Shown here: piece by piece, positions 1 through 7,722 of the stretch | How the letters are laid out: every line of letters begins with the position of its first letter | How positions within the stretch are numbered: position 1 is the stretch's first letter | Assembly: GCA_030428785.1 (NCBI GenBank) | Contig: JAUIEF010000004.1 | Coordinates: 6,074-70,073 of the forward strand | DNA from: a bacterium | GTDB lineage: Bacteria > Planctomycetota > B15-G4 | Direction of reading: 5' to 3' | Length of the DNA stretch: 64,000 nt | Position numbers and translations under genes: made by a program | The notes under the pieces: generated by a model | What the model was told of the DNA's origin: nothing | What the model saw: the letters and a program-made list of their open reading frames with translations, nothing else | Databases searched by the model: none

Positions 1-2153
1 GCTTCATCGCGCGCTGGGACGGCACCTCGTGGTCGCCGCTCGGCAGCGGAGTCGACGATTCCGTCTGGGCGCTCGAGACCTACGACGACGGCAACGGACC
101 GGGCCTCTACGCGAGCGGGGCGTTCGTCAACGCCGGCGGGGTGTCGGCACGCAAGGTCGCGCGCTGGGACGGCAGCGCATGGTCGCCGCTCGGATCGGGC
201 GTGGGGACGACGTCCTCGGTCAGGTCTCTGGAGGTCTTCGACGACGGGTCCGGCGAGAAGCTCTACGTCGGCGGCGCCTTCTTCCTGGCGGGCGGCGTGC
301 TCTGCAACAACATCGCCGCGTGGGACGGGACGAGCTGGTCCGCCCTCGGCGACGGGACCGACCAAGCCGTCACCGCGCTCGCGGCCCTGGACGACGGGAC
401 GGGACCGCGGCTGTTCGCGGCCACGTCGCTCGACGACGCAGGCGGCGTGCCTGCGGCGTTCATGGCCGCCTGGGACGGCTCCGACTGGTCCGCGCTCGGG
501 AGCGGAGTCCTGAGCACGGTGTTGTCGCTCACGAGCTTCGACGACGGCGGCTGCGGGGGCCCCGCGCTCTACGTCGGCGGCTCGTTCCTGAGCGCCGTCG
601 ACTCGGGCGACAGCTACCTCGCACGCTGGGGCTGCGACGACATGGCCCCCGTCCTGACGTGCGCGGAGGACATCACGGTCGAGTGCGCGGGGAGCGCCGG
701 GACGGTCGTCGACTACGACGTCTCGGCGGTCGACCTCTGCGACCCGGGGCCCGTCGTCGTCGCCGTCCCGCCGTCGGGCAGTGCCTTCCCGCACGGGACC
801 ACCTCCGTGACCGTGACCGCGACGGATGCCGCCGGCAACGCCTCCCGCTGCTCGTTCGACGTGATCGTCGTGGACACGATCGCGCCCGACCTCACCTGCC
901 CGGCGGACGTCGTCACGGAGGGCACGAGCCCCGCGGGCGCCGTCGTGACGTTCACCCCGGCCGTCTCGGACCTCTGCGATCCTGCGCCCGCGGTCGTCGC
1001 CGCGCCGCCGTCGGGCAGCACGTTCCCGCTCGGAGACACGGCCGTGACGGTCTTCGCATCGGACGCGGCGGGGAACACGACTCCGTGCACGTTCACCGTC
1101 ACGGTCGAGGACACGACGGCGCCCGTCATCGACTGCCCGTCCGACATGACCGTCGAGTGCACCGGCTCCGGAGGCACCGCCGTGACGTTCTCACCGTCGG
1201 TCACGGACGTCTGCGATCCGTCTCCCGCGGTCGTCTGCACGCCGCCCTCGGGAAGTGCCTTCCCCGTGGGCACGACGACCGTCACGTGCACGGCGAGCGA
1301 TGCTTCCGGGAATACGTCGATGTGCACGTTCGACGTCACTGTCGAGGACACGACCCCGCCCGTCCTCACCTGCCCCGGCTCGCAGGTGGTCGACTGCGCG
1401 GGGAGCGGCGGCACGGTCGTGGACTACTCGCCTTCGGTCTTCGAGGTCTGCGACGCGGGCGTGTCGGTCGTCTGCATCCCGCCGTCGGGGAGCCTCTTCC
1501 CGGTCGGCACGACCGTGGTCACCTGCGTCGCCACCGACGCTTCGGGCAACACCGACATGTGCACCTTTCCGGTGACCGTGACGACGTCCGACCTCTCGCC
1601 TCCCGAGCTCACCTGCCCCGACGACATCACGGTGGAGTGCACGTCCCCCGCCGGTGACATCGTCACGTTCGTCGTCACGGCCACGGACCCGTGCGACCCG
1701 TCACCCGTCGTGGACTGCTCCCCGCCGTCGGGGAGCGTGTTCCCACCCGGCACGACCCGCGTCACCTGCACCGCCACCGATGCGGGCGGCAATTCGAGTC
1801 AGTGCTCGTTCACCGTCCAGGTCGTCGATACGACAGCCCCGGTCATCACCTGCCCGCAGGACGTCGCCGAGGTGGCGACGGGTCCGGTGCCCGTCTCCTT
1901 CTCACCGAGCGTGACGGATGCGTGCGACCCCTCGCCGTCCATCGTCTGCATCCCGCCGTCGGGCTCGGTGTTCCCGCTGGGCGACACCGTCGTGACGTGC
2001 ACGGCGACGGATGACTCGGGCAATGCGTCGCAGTGCACGTTCACCGTGCGCGTCATCGAGGCCGCGGTCCCGATCATGGACGACTGGCGGTTGCTCTCCT
2101 TGACCGCGGTGCTCATGGCGGCCGTGGCCGCGGCCATGCTCCGACGTGCCTGA
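1..2153 (+). CDS. Cell-surface protein, 5'-partial: WDGxxWSxLG propeller-like repeats, six HYR (hyalin repeat) domains, IPTL-CTERM-like C-terminal anchor
   Basis: Track ORF 141..2153 stays open in the same frame back to nt 3 (FIARWDGTSWSPLGSG...), so the gene starts upstream of the window. It has six units of about 80 aa with the pattern CPxD...CD(x6)PPSGSxFPxGxTxVTCxAxDxxGNxxxCxFxV. The tail is VPIMDDWRLLSLTAVLMAAVAAAMLRRA. Confidence 0.85.
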   Translation, partial: FIARWDGTSWSPLGSGVDDSVWALETYDDGNGPGLYASGAFVNAGGVSARKVARWDGSAWSPLGSGVGTTSSVRSLEVFDDGSGEKLYVGGAFFLAGGVLCNNIAAWDGTSWSALGDGTDQAVTALAALDDGTGPRLFAATSLDDAGGVPAAFMAAWDGSDWSALGSGVLSTVLSLTSFDDGGCGGPALYVGGSFLSAVDSGDSYLARWGCDDMAPVLTCAEDITVECAGSAGTVVDYDVSAVDLCDPGPVVVAVPPSGSAFPHGTTSVTVTATDAAGNASRCSFDVIVVDTIAPDLTCPADVVTEGTSPAGAVVTFTPAVSDLCDPAPAVVAAPPSGSTFPLGDTAVTVFASDAAGNTTPCTFTVTVEDTTAPVIDCPSDMTVECTGSGGTAVTFSPSVTDVCDPSPAVVCTPPSGSAFPVGTTTVTCTASDASGNTSMCTFDVTVEDTTPPVLTCPGSQVVDCAGSGGTVVDYSPSVFEVCDAGVSVVCIPPSGSLFPVGTTVVTCVATDASGNTDMCTFPVTVTTSDLSPPELTCPDDITVECTSPAGDIVTFVVTATDPCDPSPVVDCSPPSGSVFPPGTTRVTCTATDAGGNSSQCSFTVQVVDTTAPVITCPQDVAEVATGPVPVSFSPSVTDACDPSPSIVCIPPSGSVFPLGDTVVTCTATDDSGNASQCTFTVRVIEAAVPIMDDWRLLSLTAVLMAAVAAAMLRRA
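640..2060 (+). repeat. Six tandem coding repeats of about 240 bp (HYR domains)
   Basis: Repeat boundaries were read from the translation; each unit starts with T/DxxxP-x-(L/I)-x-CP and ends with C-x-F-x-V-x-V. Confidence 0.8.
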
Positions 2154-2173
2154 CCCGCCCGACCCGCCCGGCG

Positions 2174-3763
2174 TCAGTCCCCGCCGACGCGCGCGCCCGC
2201 GACGACCTCGTCGTAGGGCACGCCGAGCACCGCGCGGTAGGTCGTGAGCGCGACGAAGTGCTCGGCGAGCACGTCGACGAGGCCCGCCTCCGCGATCGCG
2301 GTCTGCTGCTCACGGACGTTCACGCGGAAGAGGTCGCTCTCGCCGAGCTCGAGCTGCAGTCGCTCGGCCTCCTCGAGCTCGTGCGCGAGCCGCACGTTCG
2401 TGCGCGCCTGCTCGAGCCGCGCGAGCGTCTGCTCGAGCACCGCCACCGCGTCGCGCACCTCGGCGACGACGAGGCTCGCCGCGTAGCGCAGCTCCTGTTC
2501 CATCTTCGCGAGCTTGCCGTCGACGACGCTCTGCTGCCCGCGCGCCTTGCGCCGCTGGAGCGGCACGTCGAAGCTCACGACCGCCTTGAGCTCGAAGGGG
2601 TCCTTGTCGTCGGGCGAGTTCACCGCGCCGCCGTAGTCCTGCGAGCCGAACACGCCGAAGTCGAGCTTGGGGAGCAGGTCGTTGCCGGCGAGCTCGAGCT
2701 CGAGCCGCATCGCCTCGATCTCCAGCTCGAGACGCCGCAGCTCCGGGCGCTGCGCGAGCGCGAGGTACTCGTCGCCCTCCACGAGCACGGCGTCGAGCGC
2801 TCGCGGGTCCGGCAGCGTCGCGGGGCGCTCGTCGTCCGTGGGCACGACGGGTTCGCCGGTGTCGTCGCGCCAGTAGAGCGAGAGCTCGATCGCGGCCTGC
2901 CGCAGCACCTGCTCGGCGGCCTCGAGCTTGGAGCGCCGGTCGACGATGAGGCGCTCGTTGTCCACGAGGTTGATCTCGGCGAGCTGCCCCTCGGTGACCG
3001 CCGTCTGCACCTGACCCTGCCGGTCCTCCGCGAGCTGCAGCAGCGACGCGGCGATGCGGCGCTTCTCGCCCGCCGCGATCCACTTCCAGTAGGAGGCCGC
3101 CGCCTTGCGCGTCGCGGCGAGGCGCTTCTCCTGCACGAGGGGCGACGCGCGGTCGCGTTCGATGCCGCCCTGGAGGAGCTTCACGCGCTCGGGGTCGAGC
3201 GTCCGGCCCTGGAGCAGCGGCACCGTGAGGCCCGCGCGCAGCTCGCCGTCGCGGTTCGTCTTCGCCTTGCCGTCGTACACGGCGAAGTCACCGTCGCCGC
3301 GCCGCCAACCGGCCTCGAAGCGCGTGCCCCACCACGTCGTGGGCTGCTCCACGGCGACGTCGATGCGGTCGTTCTCGTAGTAGCCGTCGACCTCGAAGGC
3401 GCCCTTCGACGTGAGCCGCGTGTCGAACGCGCCGGCCGCGGCCTCCGCCTTGCCCGCGGCGATGCCGATCTCCTCGTACGCGGCGAGCACGAGCGGGAAG
3501 TGCGTCTCCACGGAGCGCAGCACGTCCTCGAGCGTGACGACGTCACCGCCGGCGCGCGCCGCGTCCGGCGTGCCGAGCACGTGCGGGCCGCCCGTCGCGG
3601 CGGCGTCGTCGGCCGGCGCACGCTCGATCCGGAAGTGCGTGAGCAGCTCGGGTCCGACCGGCGGCGGCGCGGCGCGCGTGGGCACCGGCGTCGCCACGCA
3701 GCCCGCGGCGGCGAGTCCGAGCACGGCGAGGAGGAGGCGGCGTCCCACGGACGTCGCGGTCAC
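2174..3763 (-). CDS. TolC-family outer-membrane efflux/secretion protein
   Basis: This is the C-terminal 529 aa of track ORF 2174..4978. An in-frame GTG at 3763 is followed by a lipoprotein-like signal (VTATSVGRRLLLAVLGLAAAGC). The body has two TolC-like coiled-coil/barrel repeats. The GTG overlaps the HlyD stop (GTGA). Confidence 0.85.
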   Translation of the reverse strand: MTATSVGRRLLLAVLGLAAAGCVATPVPTRAAPPPVGPELLTHFRIERAPADDAAATGGPHVLGTPDAARAGGDVVTLEDVLRSVETHFPLVLAAYEEIGIAAGKAEAAAGAFDTRLTSKGAFEVDGYYENDRIDVAVEQPTTWWGTRFEAGWRRGDGDFAVYDGKAKTNRDGELRAGLTVPLLQGRTLDPERVKLLQGGIERDRASPLVQEKRLAATRKAAASYWKWIAAGEKRRIAASLLQLAEDRQGQVQTAVTEGQLAEINLVDNERLIVDRRSKLEAAEQVLRQAAIELSLYWRDDTGEPVVPTDDERPATLPDPRALDAVLVEGDEYLALAQRPELRRLELEIEAMRLELELAGNDLLPKLDFGVFGSQDYGGAVNSPDDKDPFELKAVVSFDVPLQRRKARGQQSVVDGKLAKMEQELRYAASLVVAEVRDAVAVLEQTLARLEQARTNVRLAHELEEAERLQLELGESDLFRVNVREQQTAIAEAGLVDVLAEHFVALTTYRAVLGVPYDEVVAGARVGGD

Positions 3764-5100
3764 GACTTGTCCCCGCTCTTCTTCTTGCCGCCGGAGGGCT
3801 TCGCGGGCTCCGAGCCGTCCATGTCCGCGGGTGCGCCGCGCACGCTCGGCGGGAAGGCGTTGAGCTGGCGCCAGATCTCGTAGCCGAGGCTCACGTCCTC
3901 GAGCAGCAGCCAGCCGTTCGCGCGGCCGCCCTGGCGCAGGTACGGCATGTCCGGCCACGGCTCGTCGTCGGGGTCGGGCACGACGAGCACGCGCGTGCGG
4001 CCGTCGGACGCGGCGAGCGCGTCGACCACCGCCACGACGCCGCCGAAGGTGCCGACCGCCACGGACGGCCAGCCCGCGAACTGCACGGCCGGCCAGCCCT
4101 CGAACTGGAGGCGCGCCTTCCGCCCCGGCGTCACGAGCGGCGCGTCGTTGCCGCGCACCCAGAGCTCGACCGCGAGCGCGTCCGTGTCGGGGATGAGCTC
4201 GATGAGCGGGTCGCCCTGCGACAGGAGGTCCGCGGAGTTCGCGGCGTGCACGCGGAGGATCGTGCCGTCCCGGGGCGCCTTGACCGTCTGGGTCTTCTGA
4301 CGCTCCAGCTTCGTCATCGCCTCGGTGAGCTCCTTCTCGGCGAGCGCCACCTTCGCACGCGCCTCCTCCCGCGCCGACTTCGTCGACTCGATCTTCGCGG
4401 CGAGGTCCGAGCCCGTCTTGCCCATGCTGGCCATCTTGGCCTTCTCGTCGTTGCGCGCCCGCTCGACCTCCGCCTTGGCCGCCTCGACCTTGGCCTTCGC
4501 CGACCGGGACTCCGCCTCCGCCTTCTGGAAGTCGAGCTCGCTCGCGACGCGCTCCTGGAACAGCCGCCACTTGCGTTCGCGGTCCGCGAGCTTCTGCTCG
4601 TACTCGGCCTCCGCGGCCTCGAGCTTCTGCTCCTCGGCCCGCACCTTCTCGATGGCGCCGTTGAGCTCGAAGCGCGCGCCCTCGAGCGCCTGCTCGCGCG
4701 CGTCCTGGAGGAACCCGAGCTGCTGCTCGTAGAAGTCCACCTGGTCCTTGGCCGCCTGCACCTTGTTCGTGGCGAACTGGTACTGCTGCTCGAGCCGCTG
4801 GGCGTACTGCGGGTCCTGGTCCGCCATGACGGCGAGCACGTCCCCGAGCGACACGCGGGAGCCCTCGCGGACGTTCAGCTCGACGAGCCGGCCCGAGACG
4901 GGCGCGGGCAGGATCTGCGTGCGGTCGATGGGGTCGAGGGCGGTCACGCGGCCGGCGCCCGAGACGGTCTGCGTCCACGGCACGACGAGCAGCGCGACGG
5001 GCAGCACGACGATCATGAGGATCACGGCGCGCGCCAGCCAGCGGGACGCGCGCGGGGCGGGCACCCGGTCGAGCGCGGTGATGCGGGGCGCGGGCGTCAC
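3760..5100 (-). CDS. HlyD-family membrane fusion protein (type I secretion adaptor)
   Basis: N-terminal TM segment, lipoyl-like motif (APVSGRLVELNVREGSRVSLGDVLAV), a long Ala/Glu/Lys coiled coil and a beta-barrel C-terminus. The GTG start overlaps the ABC stop (GTGA). Confidence 0.9.
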   Translation of the reverse strand: MTPAPRITALDRVPAPRASRWLARAVILMIVVLPVALLVVPWTQTVSGAGRVTALDPIDRTQILPAPVSGRLVELNVREGSRVSLGDVLAVMADQDPQYAQRLEQQYQFATNKVQAAKDQVDFYEQQLGFLQDAREQALEGARFELNGAIEKVRAEEQKLEAAEAEYEQKLADRERKWRLFQERVASELDFQKAEAESRSAKAKVEAAKAEVERARNDEKAKMASMGKTGSDLAAKIESTKSAREEARAKVALAEKELTEAMTKLERQKTQTVKAPRDGTILRVHAANSADLLSQGDPLIELIPDTDALAVELWVRGNDAPLVTPGRKARLQFEGWPAVQFAGWPSVAVGTFGGVVAVVDALAASDGRTRVLVVPDPDDEPWPDMPYLRQGGRANGWLLLEDVSLGYEIWRQLNAFPPSVRGAPADMDGSEPAKPSGGKKKSGDKS

Positions 5101-6839
5101 GACGCGGCCTCCACGAAGGAGGCGGTGGGATCCGCCGACGGCGGCCCGAGGTCGAGCACGCGGTCGCAGCGCTCGTGGATGTCCGGCGCGTTCGAGACGA
5201 CGATCACGGTGCGGCCGTCCTCGCGCATGACGTCGAGCAGGCGGCGGCGTTCGTCGGCCTCCATGTGGTCCAGGAGGTCCTGCACCAGGATGATCCGCGG
5301 CCGGTCAGCGAGGGCGCGCGCGAGGAGCAGGCGTCGCGTCTCCCCGCCCGAGAGCGGCTGGCCGATGGGCCGCAGCGGCGTGTCGAGCCCCTCGGGGAGG
5401 AGGCTCACGCGCTCGCGCAGGCCCACGCGGTCGAGCGCGTCGCGGACGTCGGCGTCGGTGACGCCCTCGCGTCCCAGCGTGACGTTCTCGCGCAGCGTGC
5501 CGACGACCACGTCGGGGTTCGCGCCCACGAGCGCGGCGATGCGGCGCAGCGCGGTCGGCGAGTAGTCGCGCAGGTCGACGCCGTCGACGCGGACGGCGCC
5601 GTGCGTCGGCCGCCGCGCGCGCCACAGCACCTGCAGCAGGACGCTCTTGCCCGCGCCGACGGGCCCGGACACCGCGACGCACTCGCCGGCCGCGACGTCG
5701 AGGTCGAGCCCCGAGAAGAGCACGGCGCCCGTCGGGTGCGCCCACGCGAGCGACTGCACCTGCACGGCGGCGCCGCGCGCGCCCGCCTCGTCGGCGTCCC
5801 GTCCGTCGACCGTCCCCTCGTCCTCGACCTCGAGCTCGAGGAGCTGCCACACCTTGTCGGTGGCGGCCATGAGGTCGTACCAGCTCTCGAGGTGCTTGCC
5901 GAGCTTGGCCACCGAGCTCACGGCGAGCGTGACGATGACCTCCGCGGCGACGAGCTGGCCGAGCGTGAGCGCGCCGTTGATGACGAGCAGTCCGCCGATG
6001 CCGAGCAGCGCGACGCTCGACACGACCTGCAGGCCCAGCGCCGCGACGACCTGTCGGAAGAGCACCTTGAAGTGCGCGGCGCGCTTGTCGAGGTAGTCGT
6101 TGGCGAGGCGGTCCGCCTCGCGGTGCACCCACTGCTCCGACCCGCCCGACTTGAACACGTGCGGGTTGCGCGCGACCTCCTCGAACCAGCCGACGACCGC
6201 GTACTTGGCCTTGCTCTCCGCGATCGCCGTGGTCGTGCCGCGGCGCAGCGGCCCGAGCACGATCGTCGCGATGATCGCCAGCAGCACGACGTCGAACGCG
6301 AAGAGCAGCGGGTGGTAGAACGCGAGCACGACGAGCGCGACGAGCACGCTGAGCAGGATCGACAGGCCGTCGAGCAGCAGGAACGCGCTCGACTTCTGGA
6401 TCGTGATGATGTCGAAGAAGCGGTTGACGACCTCGGGCCCGTAGCGCGTGTCGTAGATGCTGAAGCGCACGCGCGGGAGGCGGGCGGCGACGTCGGCGAC
6501 CATGCGCACGAAGATCCGCCGCTGGACGAGCTCCACCGTCCAGGTCTGGAGCGCCGAGAGCACGGCGGCCAGCGTGAGGCCGAGGAGGAGCAGCCCGGCG
6601 ACGACGATGAGCGGCTGGAGCGCGCCGCCCATCGCGACGAAGTTCACGAGCGCCTGGACGGAGATGGGCGTCGCGAGCAGGAGGACCCCGACCGCCACCG
6701 CGAAGGCCGCGACGGCGATGAGGTCGCCCTTGTCGGGCCGGAGCAGGGCCAGGAGCCGCCGGAGGGGCGTGGCGGGCCCGCTCAGGGCGGGCGTGGCGCC
6801 GGGTTGGTGGCCGGCGTGGGAGGGTACCGCGTCGGTCAT
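5097..6839 (-). CDS. ABC transporter, fused permease/ATPase (type I secretion type, no C39 peptidase domain)
   Basis: In-frame ATG at 6839 (MTDAVPSHAG...). Six-TM exporter domain, Walker A GPVGAGKS, signature LSGGETRR, Walker B IILVQD. The 281-aa N-terminal extension in track ORF 5097..7682 is Arg/Ser-rich junk. Confidence 0.9.
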   Translation of the reverse strand: MTDAVPSHAGHQPGATPALSGPATPLRRLLALLRPDKGDLIAVAAFAVAVGVLLLATPISVQALVNFVAMGGALQPLIVVAGLLLLGLTLAAVLSALQTWTVELVQRRIFVRMVADVAARLPRVRFSIYDTRYGPEVVNRFFDIITIQKSSAFLLLDGLSILLSVLVALVVLAFYHPLLFAFDVVLLAIIATIVLGPLRRGTTTAIAESKAKYAVVGWFEEVARNPHVFKSGGSEQWVHREADRLANDYLDKRAAHFKVLFRQVVAALGLQVVSSVALLGIGGLLVINGALTLGQLVAAEVIVTLAVSSVAKLGKHLESWYDLMAATDKVWQLLELEVEDEGTVDGRDADEAGARGAAVQVQSLAWAHPTGAVLFSGLDLDVAAGECVAVSGPVGAGKSVLLQVLWRARRPTHGAVRVDGVDLRDYSPTALRRIAALVGANPDVVVGTLRENVTLGREGVTDADVRDALDRVGLRERVSLLPEGLDTPLRPIGQPLSGGETRRLLLARALADRPRIILVQDLLDHMEADERRRLLDVMREDGRTVIVVSNAPDIHERCDRVLDLGPPSADPTASFVEAAS

Positions 6840-6936
6840 CGGAGGGAGGCGGGAAGGGGGTGTGGCACTCACCGGGAGGCGGCGACCTCGCGCTGCCTGC
6901 GAGCGTCGTCGCGGGCCCTTCGCCCGGGACCCGCGT

Positions 6937-6975
6937 CCGGTTGCGTCGGGCCCGGTTGCGTCGGGCCGGTCGGTC
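6937..6975. repeat. 15-bp direct repeat, about 2.5 copies (ccggttgcgtcgggc)
   Basis: Copies at 6937-6951 and 6952-6966 are identical, with a partial third copy following. The repeat lies about 100 bp upstream of the ABC start, in the divergent intergenic region. Confidence 0.7.
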
Positions 6976-7236
6976 CGCCGCGCGAGGCGTCGTCCGGCGT
7001 CTCCCGGACCGCGGCCCCCCGTGACGAGACGCGGATGGTAGCGCTCGGGGTCTCCCGCACCACGGCAATTCGTTTCAGGCGAGGCCGGCCCGGAGCCAGG
7101 AGGCCGGCGCCCCTCGGCCGCGGGCGCGCCTCGCCTGTTACCCGCGCGTGACGCCCCGCGCGCCGCGGACGGGCGATCATCCCGTCGTCGCGCCGACCGT
7201 CGCGCGCGTCGTCCCGGCACCCGATCGAGCCCGCCC

Positions 7237-7722
7237 ATGTCCCGTCTCGCCGTCCTCGTCGCGCTTGCTGCCGCGCTCGTCGCCTTCGTGGCGCTCCCCT
7301 CCCGCTCCGACGACGGGCCCGCCGGGGACCGCCGCCGCCTCGCCCAGGACGCCGGCGCGACCGCCGCGGGCGGCGACCGGCCCGGGTCGCTCGCCGTCTT
7401 CGAGACCGTGGCGCCCGTCGAGAGCCTCATGACCGGCCTCGCCGGGAGCTTCTCGCGGGTGCGCGAGGCCCTCGAGGACGTCGAGGAGCGGAACCGCCTG
7501 CGCCGGGTCGAGAGCTGGTCGGAGGTCGTCGCGGAGCTCGCCAACGTCGTCGTGCTCCACGGGCCCGACCAGGCGTGGCGCGACCTGGCCGCCGACACGC
7601 GCGAGACGGCCCTCGAGCTCGCGTCCGCGTCCCGCGCCGAGGCGGTCGACGAGCTGCTGCTCGTGACGCTCGTGGACCGCATCGACGCGTCCTGCGCCGC
7701 CTGCCACGACGCCGACTACTGA
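7237..7722 (+). CDS. Class II (cytochrome c'-like) c-type cytochrome, secreted
   Basis: Signal peptide MSRLAVLVALAAALVAFVALPS, helical Ala/Glu/Leu-rich body, and a single CxxCH (CAACH) five residues from the C-terminus. This layout is typical of four-helix-bundle class II cytochromes c. Confidence 0.65.
   Translation: MSRLAVLVALAAALVAFVALPSRSDDGPAGDRRRLAQDAGATAAGGDRPGSLAVFETVAPVESLMTGLAGSFSRVREALEDVEERNRLRRVESWSEVVAELANVVVLHGPDQAWRDLAADTRETALELASASRAEAVDELLLVTLVDRIDASCAACHDADY

Noticed and set aside
1-2153. The HYR protein as cargo of the adjacent type I secretion system.
   Set aside because: It is Cys-rich, has a C-terminal TM/sorting tail rather than a T1SS signal, and lacks GGxGxD repeats. 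The genes are also convergent, not co-transcribed.
2161-2200. A third copy of the 45-bp direct repeat (shares ggcgtcagtcccc with 31441 and 41219).
   Set aside because: Only 13 nt are identical. The match is explained by both genes ending in Gly-Asp-stop with the same codons, and there is no extended similarity.
2174-4978. A single 934-aa gene spanning the TolC-like region and the HlyD region.
   Set aside because: The N-terminal 405 aa are Arg/Gly-rich and lie in an alternative frame of the well-supported HlyD gene. The TolC-like sequence begins at an in-frame GTG (3763) with a lipoprotein signal that overlaps the HlyD stop.
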